Source: Vitrella brassicaformis CCMP3155 (taxonomy: Eukaryota; Protista; Chromerida). From it: a stretch of 64,000 nt of DNA. Numbering within the stretch: position 1 is the first letter of the stretch; each line of letters opens with the position of its first letter. Positions 1-11,600 of the stretch are shown here, in pieces. The notes beneath the pieces are model-generated. The model ran no database searches and was not told the DNA's origin. It worked only from the letters and a program-made list of their open reading frames with translations. The stretch is from positions 62,001 through 126,000 of the forward strand of contig CDMY01000531.1 in NCBI GenBank assembly GCA_001179505.1, given 5' to 3'. The translations under genes and the position numbers were made by a program.

Positions 1-220
1 GAAATCACGATTGTTTGCCAGTGCAAAGTCCGACATGTACGAAGACCGGAAAGGAATGACAGAAAGGGGAGAAGTGTCAAAGCGACAAAATCATCGATGG
101 TGACAGACACACACAAATGGATGGATGGATGGATGCATTGATGGATGGATGTGTCTCTCCCTCGGAGTCCCTCCCTCTGATGTGTCTCGTCCTCTCTCAG
201 GGAGAGGGAGGGACGAACAC

Positions 221-1330
221 CCCTGTTGAGGTCGTTCTGCTTGATGAGCGGCTCATGTCCATTCACCATGCCTCGGCGTGCCTGTAGACGTCTCTCCGTC
301 TGCGTCCGTGTCTCGTCCGTGCTGTCGTGTGTGGGGGTGTGCGCGTGGGTGGGTGGGCGTCTGGCGTCAGGTTGATCTTGACGATGCGGGCCAGGTCGAG
401 GTTAGTTGGAAGGTTGGCAGTCGACCATTCGGGAAGGTTGTCTTGACGTGTGCCTGACCTGCGATGAGCATTCGTCTTATCGACTGACCTCAGCTCATCT
501 CGGCCCTGTTGTTGTCTATCCACTCCCGGAGGACTGTTGCAGTGCTGCTTTGCTGGACTGCCCCTCCTCCAGGTTGACGTTGAACAGGCAGAGCAGCTCG
601 CTCAGGAGAGAGGACGAGACACAATCACACGCAGCCTGAAGTAAGTGAAGGACAACCCCATGGACGTGAGCGTGATCTGCCTGTGGGTACCTGCTCCTCG
701 TCAGATGGATGGGTGCGGCCCTGCCGGTTGCGCGCAAGTCTGCTACAGGTCTTGAAATCATAGTCGAGCTCCTGCGTGCGATGTGCGATGGCCTTCACAC
801 GGCGGGTGTGATGCGGCTCGCCTGGAGGACACTTGGGCAGCTTGTTGGCGTCAGGCGGAGCAACCTCATCCGTTCATCCATCTCACCGGGCACTTCCTCT
901 TCCTCGATGAGCGGCTCGTCCTCGTCGTCAGCCAGAGGGCTGGCATCAAGTGGCGAAAGGCTGCCCCTCCCTCGCCGTGCCTGCGGGCGGCCGTCGCCCT
1001 CCTCGGTATCATAATCGTGCTGGGCGTGCTGGTTAGGTTCGTCGAGTGCGTCCATCTCGGCGTCGTTGTGGTCGTCCATGAACTCGCCGTCACGGTTGTC
1101 CACAGAAGGCTCCGAGTGACGGTCCTCATCATCTGAGCAATGGAACAGTTGGAGTCTGAATCAATGACTGTCAATCATTGCTGACCCTGCTGCTCGTCCT
1201 TGATTTTCTGTCGCTTGGTGGCCGACTCAGCGCCTGAGTGAGAGGCAGAAACACAGATGAGTAAATGGATGGTGTGCTTTTGCCATCGCTGCTTCTCTCT
1301 TACCTTCTGATTTGCTCCGCGCTTTGTCAT
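221..1330 (-). CDS. Multi-exon hypothetical protein, acidic N-terminus (MTKRGANQK-GAESATKRQKIKDEQQ-DDEDRHSEPSVDNRDGEFMDD...); 3' end probably runs off or near the window edge
   Basis: ATG at 1330 followed by a GTAAG donor. Successive GT-AG-bounded exons stay in frame (approx. 1304-1330, 1187-1234, 690-1135, 520-610, 350-460, 221-290). No recognisable domain. Confidence 0.55.
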
Positions 1331-1361
1331 CGTGGCCGCGCGGGAAGGCAGCCTCCCATCC

Positions 1362-1409
1362 AAACGTGCCGACAACAACAACTAATGCCTTAGAAACGTG
1401 CCGACAACA
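1362..1409. repeat. 16-bp direct repeat aaacgtgccgacaaca x2 just upstream of the gene-1 start
   Basis: Identical copies at 1362-1377 and 1394-1409. Confidence 0.85.
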
Positions 1410-1552
1410 CTGTCATTCCTTCTCATTCTCTGCACTCAATTGTAAACGCATGCATGCGTTGCTGGGGGCACCCCCCGCCTTGACTGCGTCTCATTTCCAT
1501 CATCGCTGCATACGCACGTGCATATGTATACATGCGCTCGACTTCGATGTCG

Positions 1553-1823
1553 AAAATCGCTTCTAGCGCAAGAACGAGAAGGCCAATCGGCCAGGTTTTG
1601 AGTGGAGCGAAGACGCCATTCAATTCCCCACAACATAGGCAGATCGGATTTTCGAGAAACGTGTTCTGTGTGGAGTTTTCCCTAGGTCTACGTGAAGCCC
1701 TGTATGTCTGCCGGCACAAAATCGCTTCTAGCGCAAGAACGAGAAGGCCAATCGGCCAGGTCTTTCGCCTGTTAAGTGCCCCAGAGGGAGCCCGAAAACA
1801 TAGGCAGATCGGATTTTCGAGAA
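1553..1823. repeat. Two-unit 165-bp-period repeat: 44-bp block A, 35-bp variable spacer, 27-bp block B
   Basis: Block A (aaaatcgcttctagcgcaagaacgagaaggccaatcggccaggt) is identical at 1553-1596 and 1718-1761. Block B (aacataggcagatcggattttcgagaa) is identical at 1632-1658 and 1797-1823. Both spacers are exactly 35 bp but diverged. Confidence 0.9.
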
Positions 1824-3072
1824 CGGGTATTGTCTTGCGACATGCTCAAAAAGGTGGCGATTTGTCATAACCGCTCAGTTTGCTGTCGACGGCGGACGCT
1901 TCTATGGACAAACACCCAGCAAAAACCCTTGCCCCCACAACACGCGGGCTGCATCACAGTCAGCAGGCAGGCAGGCAGGCAGGCATGATGCTCATCCATT
2001 CCGACAGCCACCTGTCTGTCATCCAACTATATATATGTACCAGAAAGTGTGTGTCCATCCATCCTTCCACAACTGCAACGAGCCATCACACAAACGGCTC
2101 CTTGCAGTGGTGGGTGGCGAAGCTTCGCAGGCACACGATAGATACCCAGACACGCACAGCCAGACGCCCAAAAGGACGCTGCATCGGATAGATTCGTTGG
2201 CGTAGGTACGGAGGATAAGGCTAGCGCAAGGCTAGGCTGGGACTGGCAGGTGTGTGTGTGTGTAAACGTGCATCTCTCTCTCTCTGTTGTCTCGCGTGGG
2301 CTGCATGTCTGTCGTGCGTGAGGTGCTGGTGGCCAAGGCATTGGGTACGTCCACAACATTCCCATTTCACTCACGTACGCCGAAAACAGACAGACAGGCG
2401 AAAAAGAAGACACCACCCCACGACAACCAATCCCTGACGGCAGCCCCTCCGTGCGTATGTGTGTGTCTGTCTGTACACGTGGGTACGTGCGTTGAGTTCC
2501 CGACCCGTTTGTGAGCAGAGTGACCGCACCAGCCAGACGATACAAAACGACACTCACACATCCGATGGGAGCAGACAGGCAGACAGGCAGGCAGGCAGGC
2601 AAACGCGACAATAGAATGAGTTGACAGGCAGGTAGGCAGGTAGGCAGGAAGGGCAGACGATGTGATCAGAGAGAAGGAGAGAAGAAGAGAGAGGGGAAAA
2701 GGTCAGTGTGCTACGCGGCATTCAAGCAGAGGGGGCAGTGCTGAGTAGCACATTCCCTGGGAAATGACAGGCTAGAGAGACTAGAGAGAGAGGGGACAAG
2801 CCGCTTACACACATACAATACAGACAGTAGAGAAACACACTACAAAAGTCCATCCATCCATCCATCACTGCACAAGGCGACGGGAAAAAAACAAGTGCGG
2901 ACGGCGTACACAACATTCGATTACGCACACCTCGCCCAGCCACACCGCATGACAGCAGGGGAGAGAGAGAGAGAGAGAATATATGGGTTGCTTGCCAGCC
3001 AGCCGTCTATCCGAACAGGCCTGCTCCCCCAAGGCTGGTGGGCTGGATGGCCTGATCATGGACATGAATCTG

Positions 3073-3560
3073 TCAGCCATGATCATCGTCCGTTCGTGTG
3101 GGCTGCACACCTGGTGTTTCGACCAAGTAGGCGGGGGCCAGTGAGGGTCGGTATCGCTCCTGTACACGAGAGTGGCGGAGAAGATTGCCTGCATGAAGAG
3201 AAGGCACCACGCACACACCTGCCTGTATGCCGCTTCGCTGTCTTTGGGTTTGGGTGTCGTGTCGCTGGCCTACCAGGGAAGTGAGTTGCGGGTGGCAATA
3301 AGGCCCACGAGGCGTCCGTAGTGCATCGTCCTTCTCCTCTGCCCCCGACCTCAAGTCCTTCTCGGCCACCATTGCCACAGCACTAAGGGCCTCCACCAGA
3401 TCGGCAGTCGGTTGGTCCTCGATTGCCGGACCAGCAGTGTCCTTGCTGTCGGTGGTGGTCTTGATGGTGCTTAGGGCGAAAGGTGGGGCGGTGGACGATG
3501 TTGGAGGGATGATGGTGAGGTGAAAAGCGACTGAATCAGACAGCAAGTCCACTCCTGCAC
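3073..3560 (-). CDS. Probable terminal exons of a hypothetical protein (..TTTDSKDTAGPAIEDQPTADLVEALSAVAMVAEKDLRSGAEEKDD..)
   Basis: GC-rich codon-like ORF segments interrupted by a microsatellite-containing intron-like segment. No domain recognised; upstream exons uncertain. Confidence 0.4.
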
Positions 3561-3958
3561 GACAAGCACAGCAACCGATCGAACAATGAACGTCATCCAT
3601 CCCTCAATGCACTTGTGCGGATGGACTCTTCTGCTGTGGTCAATCGCTCACCGACTAGGGATCTGTCTGCACGGCACGGCAGACACATTGGCGTGAGCAG
3701 ACACACGAAGGGAAACTACACATGGTCACACAGGGGTATGGGGTGCGGCCTCACGATGGCTTCCTCTCTTACGTGTGTATATGCCTATCTGTGTGTGTGT
3801 GTGTGTTGGGGGTCTGTCTGTCTGTCTGTCCGTCTGTCTGTGTGTATGAAATGATGGCTGCGCTGCCCTTGACAACCAAGGCGTGCATCTGGGAGCCGTG
3901 CGTACGTACGTATCGACGCGTTCACATGTGTGTCTGTGAGCAGTTTGGGCGCCGATAA

Positions 3959-4020
3959 CCAAAACCGCGGGGCGTGCAGCTGCACGCCTGTGGACTGACT
4001 AGACCTGCCAAAACCGCGGG
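3959..4020. repeat. 13-bp direct repeats (ccaaaaccgcggg) flanking a perfect 18-bp palindrome ggcgtgcagctgcacgcc
   Basis: Repeats at 3959-3971 and 4008-4020; palindrome at 3971-3988. Confidence 0.85.
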
Positions 4021-5899
4021 ATCGACGAGGGGAGTCTGCAAAGGAATGGTGGACCAAAAATATGCAGTCAGTAGTACACAAGTAGTAAGTCAACATGAAC
4101 GCACAGCACACGGACATCACACACATGGCAAGTATTATCCAAGCCGCACACCACAGACAGCCGCCCCTTGACTGACGCCACCCATCCAGCCACCCACCCA
4201 TCAAAGAATGAATGGACCAGGCGAGCAAGTAGAAAGAAAGAGACGAGGAGCAGAAGAGGGCTGGTGGGTATGTGTGTATCAAATCGTCCGTTCATCCATT
4301 CATTCAGTCAGTCGCGCTGTCCTAGCTGCCTTTCTGCCTTTGCTCAGTCGGTCGGTCGGCTGATGTCACTCATCTGTGCATTCGTACGCCAATCGACGAA
4401 TGAATGGCGGCTGTATGCAATGCAGTCAGTCCACCAACGACCCGACCAGGGAGAGAGGGAGGGAGGGAGTGTGTATGACTGGCAGTCGCGGCCAGGACAT
4501 GGGCAGGGAGGGGGGGTCGCTCGTGTGCCCACCGCACCTGGTGTGTGGGTGTCGAAGGTAGAGGGTCGGTTGGGTATATCAGCAGCAGAGTAACAGTGGA
4601 GAAATGGCGTCATGCCTGTGAGCAAGCAGAGATAGAAGCGACAGAGACCGATGCGGACACGAAGGCCTCCGTGGTGTGGGCTGTGGGCGAGTGGGTGTAC
4701 TGGCTGCGTACCAGGTCAGCTAGGTGAAGTGGTTTGGTTGCCGGTCTGCGTCACGGCTGTAGAGCTCAATATTATGTGGACGCCCACCTGATGTGACCAC
4801 ACATCACCGAGGGAAGCAGCCATCCACCATGCACCCTCTCGGACAGTGCGTGTTGGTCGGTCTCCTGCCTTCCCCACCCCCCACTCACCTCTCTGTGGTG
4901 CGCCCGAGGTCGGATTGGTGCGCCGGGCTGTGTGGCGGCTGTTGCCGTGTGGCGAAGAGACTGGCGGTTGACGGCTCGTGACGGCGGGGTCTTGCCGGTC
5001 AGGGTGACCTCCTGTGCTGCCCCATGCGGCTGCAGGGTCGCAGGTGGCTCCGCAGCTCCTTCAGGGCGCTGACATTGAGGCCAGCAGTGTTGCCATAGCC
5101 CGACCAATGTCGGTCGACGCGCCTGAGTGGATCAATGAAAACAGCACACATTGAGCCATAGGGGAGGTGTCATTCTCTCGTAGCGGTTCGTTCCTCACCT
5201 GTGATCCACACAAGCCGCCCCTCAAAGGTCTCGTGGCTCCTTGCCATCGCTGTGCGAAGGTCGGAGTCCAAGAAGAGCATCATCAGGCCCCGGATGACCA
5301 CCGCCAGCAGCCACAGCCCAGCTGCACGTCGCGGCCGAGCCACAGGGTGTCGTAGAAGTGACGGATCACACATGACCTGAACGGATTCATAGACACATCA
5401 CACACACAGACAGACAGATGTTCCCGTCCTATGCCGTGCTGTATTCCCTCACTCACCACGCAGGCAGGCAGTGTGTAGGCGTGTGCAATGCTGGCTTGAC
5501 TTGCTCCCTCCCTCTTGGGTTCTTGAATGCGGCCGGCCTTCTGGTGGGCCTTTATTCGCTTCCTTTCCTTTTTCCGCAAAGGCGAGAGAGGTCAGAGAGA
5601 GAGGCAGACAAGGGCTAGGTAGAGATAGGGAGACCGACAGCACAGGCAGGACCCCCCAATCAAAACTCCCCCCCGCCACCACACACGCCCCTTAGGACAC
5701 ACGTGACAAGCTATGCGCAGCTGGATCGCTGGGTGGGTGAGGTGAGGGCCGAGAAAAAGGACGTCAGGGCACTCAACGCCTACGACGGACAGTGGTCCGC
5801 TAGTCGTCCTCTCACGAACCATGCATGGGTCATGATTGTCACCACATGAGAGTGAATTCGTCTGTCATCCATCCATCCATCCACCCACACCTGCACACA

Positions 5900-8460
5900 C
5901 ATCATCTCAGGCGACGCTCTCCTGCCCCTCCCACCTCCACCTCCGCCTGCCGCACCGCCATGGCCCGTGACGACGTCACCAACCGATTGTTTCGGTCAAC
6001 TGGTGGGAGAGGATGAGGGGGGCGGTCGCGGGGAGGGTGACACCCTCTGGTGACTCTGGGGACGACTGTGATGGTTGGGAGTGTGGTGGTGCTGCCGATG
6101 TGGATGTGACGATGGACTGAGTGGGGGTGGGGTACAGCGGCGGGAAGAGCGGCCGCGGGATGGCCCAGAACTGGGCGATGAAGTAGACGCGATAGCCCCA
6201 GTAGTGGCCGCCGTGGATGGCGTGGGTCTGCCGGATGGCCTCGCCCGTCGATTGCCGAGTGACCAACGGGTCTGCCGGATGGCCTCGCCCGTCGATCACC
6301 GAGTGACTAAGGCCCACTGGCGGCCTGACACGAACCCACGACCACCTGCACACAAACGACAGCCATGAGAACATGACAAGAGATGATATGACCTCCGCCA
6401 TGCCATGTGTATGTGTGTGTGTAGGTCTCGTACCTTTGCTCCTCCCACACGAGTTCTGCGCCGTTGCCCTTGTCGCCCTCCTCTGCCTCCATGGGCCACT
6501 CCCCCTCTCTCGGCCAGACTGACTCACCGGTGTGTTAATTGGCCGCGCCATCCATCACTCGGGCCCCCCATCAAGGCGTTCAAGACCGCTCACTCACTCT
6601 CTGGGGAGTGAGTGCACGGCTTACTAACCTGCAGACAACAAACACAGGGAGACATCCATGTGCAGGTCGGCCCGTGTCTGTCTCGTCGCGTCCATGCGTA
6701 GGCACTTACCCAGACGAGAAGGGCCCTGAGCCAACGGCCTGTGGTGGCCGGAGAAGGCGGGATGGCGTGATGGCGTGGGTCTGTCGATGGCCACGGTGCC
6801 GTCGTAGAAGGTCTCGCAGCCCATCGAGGGGGGCCGGGGGTCGGGCCGGGGACCTCTCGGAACTCGCGCGTGGCCGTGTCGTATTTCAAGGGCCGGTCGG
6901 TGGCCATGCCGTTCTCCAGAGTGGCGGGGCAGTTGAAGCGAGCCAACACCTGTATGTGGGGGAGGCAGACACACATAGGCACAGACAGATGGATGGCTTC
7001 TCCATTGTTTGGTTGGTTCATTGCATGTATGTGCCTCTTACGCGTATGAGTGCTGTCCGTCGTAGGCGTAGAGTGCCCTGACGTCGTGTCGCCCCAGTGA
7101 TCCGTTGGTTGAAGACTATGACAAAGGCGTCGAAGCGCTTCAGCTCGCCATCAAACTTCTGTAGCACCTCCTCACTCACAGAACGATTCGGCTCACCTGA
7201 CACGACCCGGCCAGTGGATTGCACAGAGATCATGACACACACACATGACGCCCATATTTCTTTTCTGGTTCGCTTACCCGCCAAGCACACGTTCTGCATC
7301 GCATTCCGTATGAGCTTCCTGTTGCACGCACGGCCCCCAGGACGCTCTGGCTGAGCCTCTGACTCAGCAGCAGGGCTCTCGCCCGCCTCGACAACAACAC
7401 TATCATTGGCAGCTCGGCTTTCCTCGATCGGCTGCACCCCGCCCGACACATCCTCCACCTCCGTCAGCACACCAGCAGCAGGGTGGCCGCGCTCCGCTCA
7501 AAGGAATGTGTCGCGTTGGCCGGGGTTGTGGGGCGTGGCCATTCATATCCTTCAGTTCAGCGTCAGCGCGCGCCGGTGGTCTCTTGACGCGCTGTGGCCT
7601 CTCCGGTGCCTCCACCTGTACAGGCTGATGCGATGGGGGGTGGGGCGACGGTTGCTGCTGATGCTGTGGGGCGTCTCTGTCCGCCCCTGCTGCCCCGTCC
7701 GCCTCCTCAAACTCGACAGCTGGATCCACTTGCTCCTGTGGCGGTTCATCTGCCGTCTGCGCATCGCTGTCCGTCCCCTCCACCTCATCCATCTCCTGCT
7801 CTTTGAACAACAGCGGGTGCGTCAAGATTCTCAGTCGCATCCTCTTCAAGCTCCTCCTGGGCTCCTCCAGTGGTGCGGCATCGGGTGACGCCACTGCGGC
7901 ATCCTCGTCTTGCGTCACTTCTGCCGCTGCCGGCGACGGTGTGACATGCATGTCCTCGACCTGTTCTTGTTCAACAGAGGCGACGGCGTCGTTGTCCTCA
8001 ACCCCGGCTCCTGCCAACGGCGCCTGGCCGACATTCCACTCGCGTCGCTCACAGATGGCGGCGTCAGCCGTCTTAAGGTCTGCTGGGGGTGGTGAAGGGC
8101 CAAGGGTGGCTTTGTCGTCCTCCTGGAAAGAGGTCGACGGCTGCTGAGGCAGCTCAGACTCAGAGGCCACAGTGGGCAGCCGGTCCGTCGAGTGGCGGGG
8201 GTCGATGGCTCCACGCCTCACCAATGTGTCGCCATGGTGGTCCTCCTTCCTGACCCTGAGGAACGCCTGCAACTCCGCTATGATGGCCGTCACCTGTGGA
8301 TCGTCACCATCCGCCGCCGCGTGTGCGTGTGCATGGGACCGGCTCGTGGGCAGCAGAGCCGTGTCGCGTCCATCGCCATTGTCATCGTCTTCTCTCGCTT
8401 GTCTGGTCAGCTCGTTGGTGAGGGTGAGCTGATGGAGGAGGCAGCTGCCTGTGCGGCCAC
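5900..8460 (-). pseudogene. Multi-exon hypothetical gene, probably decaying: long acidic/Pro-rich ORF (7403-8460) followed by exons that need frame changes
   Basis: About 350-codon ORF, then exon-like blocks at approx. 7100-7215, 6710-6950 and 6000-6330. Frame switches near 7480 and 6830, and a 44-bp internal tandem duplication at 6224-6307. Confidence 0.4.
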
Positions 8461-8624
8461 CTGCTCACGCATGGCGTCGGCATTCACCTCCACTGTCCAC
8501 AGCTCGTCGGCCCTCAGGTCAGCCAGGGAATAGCAGAAAACGCCCCGATCCTCCTTCACACGCAATGCTGGCTCAGGCTCGACACGCACAGGCTGCTGGG
8601 GCCAGCAAGTGTCCGAATCCGCCT

Positions 8625-11600
8625 CTACGCACATGGGAAAAGCTCTGCATGCAGGAAAGCGAGACGCACATACACCCAGCATGCCAATGACACATCATCT
8701 GCTCTTCTTCCTCCCTTGCCTGATCTGCCTGTGTGTGTGTGTGTGTGTGTAAGTGTGTGTGTTTGTGTCGGTCTTGCCGTCCGTACCAGTCAGAACAGCA
8801 TGGCGGTACCTATCCAATAATTCCCACATGGCCTCGGGCGCCATCCCGTCAGCATGCCCCTTCCCCAGCTGCTTGTAAAGCTCCTGGCTTTTCTTGCGCA
8901 GGCTCCGGTTCTGCTCCTTGGCCTCCTCGCCCCAGCCCTCGACCTCTTTCTCTGCCCTCTTGTAGGTGTTAGCGGCAAAGTTGGCGATGCTGTCCACCTC
9001 CTTCCTGTACCGCCCCCGCAGCTCCCGGCGCGACTCCTCGAGCCGCTCGCCGCCCCCCTCTCGCTCGGCCTGCTTCGCGTCATTCCAGAGGCCCTGCAGT
9101 TGAATCTGGGCATCTATCCAGAGCATGTTGGCGGCACGGTCGCTTGGAGCGGCCAGCAGGAGGAGCGAGAAGGCCGCGCTCATGCAGTCCGTGGCGTAGG
9201 TCACCGTCTCGTCCTCAAACTCCCGCCCCTCCAGAGTGGCGTCGAGGTGGTGCGCCGTGGTGAAGGGGGGGCGAGGGCAGCTGACGAGACGGGGCTCGCC
9301 GGACTGAGCGCGGCCGTCGGGCTGCATCCTCCTGGACGCCTCCAGGTCGATGACCGTGATCTCGCCCTTCTCCACATCGGCCACCAGCACATTCTTGACG
9401 TGGAAGTCGTTGTGCGTCTTGTGGTGGCGGCGGTGGATGTGGAGAAGGGCTTCAACCAAGTTCACCGACACGGTGGCGCGCAGTAGGGGGCTGGGGCGAC
9501 TGTCGCGGGGCTCCTTGGGCCTGGCGAGGTCTTCGAGTGTGGGGGCGTTCATCTCCCCTGCAGGACACAAACGCAGCACAGACACACAACCACACAGACA
9601 GACATGAGCATTCGGTGTTTCTTTGTGCTGTGTATGCTGTCTGCCTACCGCTGCCGACTTTCGACATGATGAGGCAGACGCCGTCCTCGTCCACCTTGTC
9701 GGGCATGCGCTCGCCCTCGTCGGCGCCTCCCTGCCGCATCTCCCGTGCGGCGACCTTGCCCGCCGCCAGCTCCTCCGGTGTGAGGAAGCCGTACCACTGG
9801 GGCAGGTACCTCACCGACGAGGTGTGGCGGCGGCCGTGCAGCAGCTCGGGGAGCTGGTGCTGCCGGAACTCGCCGGCGCTCGTGCTGAGCTGCTGCAGGG
9901 CGTCGGACTCGCACTTGAGGGCGGCGCATACCTCCTCCCGATCCCCCTTGGTCTCGGCCATCACGTCGCGGTGCATCGACTTGGTGATGAAGCCCGTGCC
10001 AGCCGGGAAGGCCCCTTCCCCGGTGGCACGGGCCGCCCACACGTCGACGTCTACACGCGTCCCTTCACCGCCCACGAGCCGCCGGACGGGCACCATGGTG
10101 GCGAGCAGCGGGGGGTGGGTGCCGGTGCTGCTGGTGGTGGTGCTGGTGGCTGCTGGGCTGTCTGGGGCGTGGCTGGTGTGTGGGGGGGAGGGTGAGGATG
10201 AGGGTGAGGAGGGCGAGGAGGGCGGCGACGAGGGTGGGATGGTGGTGCATGTGGCTGCGGGGCTGCCCGTCGCGCTGTCGCCTCCGCTGCTGCTGCTCTG
10301 TGGTGGTGGGGAGGTGGGGAAGAGGGTCGCGGGTGGGGCAGGGGGCTCGGGTGGCGGTGAGGGCGGCGCCTCCGCCACCTCTGCAGGGGGTGCCGGGGGT
10401 GCAGCAGCCTCCACCACCACTGCACTACTCTGCTGTTGCGGCTGCTGCTGCTGCTGACCCTCACTCGCAGTCGGGCAGCCAGGGAGGGTGGCGGGAGGGG
10501 CAGAGGGCTGGGGAGAGGGCTTCAACTTGCCCTGAGCAAACGACACGCACGGATGACTTCCACATCTCCACCTGTGCATGTGTGCTGTGCACATGTGGCG
10601 TACCGTTTTTAGGAAGTAATACGTGTGTGAGTTGGCAATGGCGGCGCCGGTGGCGGTGATGGCCTTGAAGACCGTTGTCTTGGCGAGCAGCTCCCGCGTC
10701 TGCTTGAACTCCGGCACCCACCTGCTGCTGCGGTGCCGGTGCGGTCCACGGCCGCCGACCTGTCAACAATCGCATGGTGTGCAAGGCATGACACGTGAGA
10801 TGCAGACTAGTAGTGTGTGGTTGAGGGGTGAGGAGGGGATACGTACCTGTCCGCCGCACGGTGAGTCGTTGTTGGTGCTCGCGTTGCTGCTCTCCCCGTC
10901 CTTGTTGCTCGGCGCGCCGCTCGCCGGCAGCCCCTTATCATTGCCCTGACACATCCACCCACACACGCACATTTCCGTGGTGTGCTTTCTCCTCTGCCCC
11001 GCCCCTTTGGGCTAACTTTCTCACCTTCTGGCTATTGCTGGATTGGCTAGTCTCCGCGGCCATGACGGGTGAGGTGCCGCTGCCGCTCGAGTCCTTCCTC
11101 TCCCCTCCCTCGATCTGGTGCGAGCAGTCGGGCATCAGCTGCACCGACACCAACGCCTCCGACCTCACACTCACACCACCATTGCCATCCACCACCTGGC
11201 TGTCCACGCAGCCGTTGCCGCGGGTGGTGCCGAAGTGGATGGACTTGAACGGCGTGTTGCTGGCCGTCATGGGGTTCCACAGGTGGATCGACGTCTCAGT
11301 GCTGGGCAGCGTCTGGCCTGCAGAGAAGGAGGCAGAGAGGGGGCTGTGTGTGTGTGTGTGTGTGTGTGTTGGTGGTGGTGCTTTGCGTACCGGTCATGAG
11401 ATACGGGGACCCTGACAGCGACACCCACTGCAACACGTCCGTCGGCGGAATCTGACGATGCCAACAGACATCAAGATGGGCCGGCGGCGTGTGGGTGTCA
11501 CGGTCCATGTCCTTACGGTAGCGTCTTGTGCAATGAAGACCACTTTGGCCGGACCCAACGCCTCAGTCGACACGTCCCACACCGCAGCGAAACCTGATAC

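Noticed and set aside
1448-1458. TGCATGCA-type apicomplexan AP2 motif (also approx. 21427, 30960, 62598)
   Set aside because: Occurs in introns and intergenic DNA alike, with no positional pattern, in a genome rich in TGCA/CATG words.
1553-1823. CRISPR array
   Set aside because: Only two units, two alternating conserved blocks, spacers related to each other, eukaryotic context and no cas genes. Kept as an unexplained repeat.
8854-10457. Long plus-strand ORFs (8854-9486, 9537-10457); likewise 28171-29064, 28356-29378, 20763-21695, 53240-53755
   Set aside because: Antisense or alternate-frame shadows of GC-rich real exons, with no motifs of their own.
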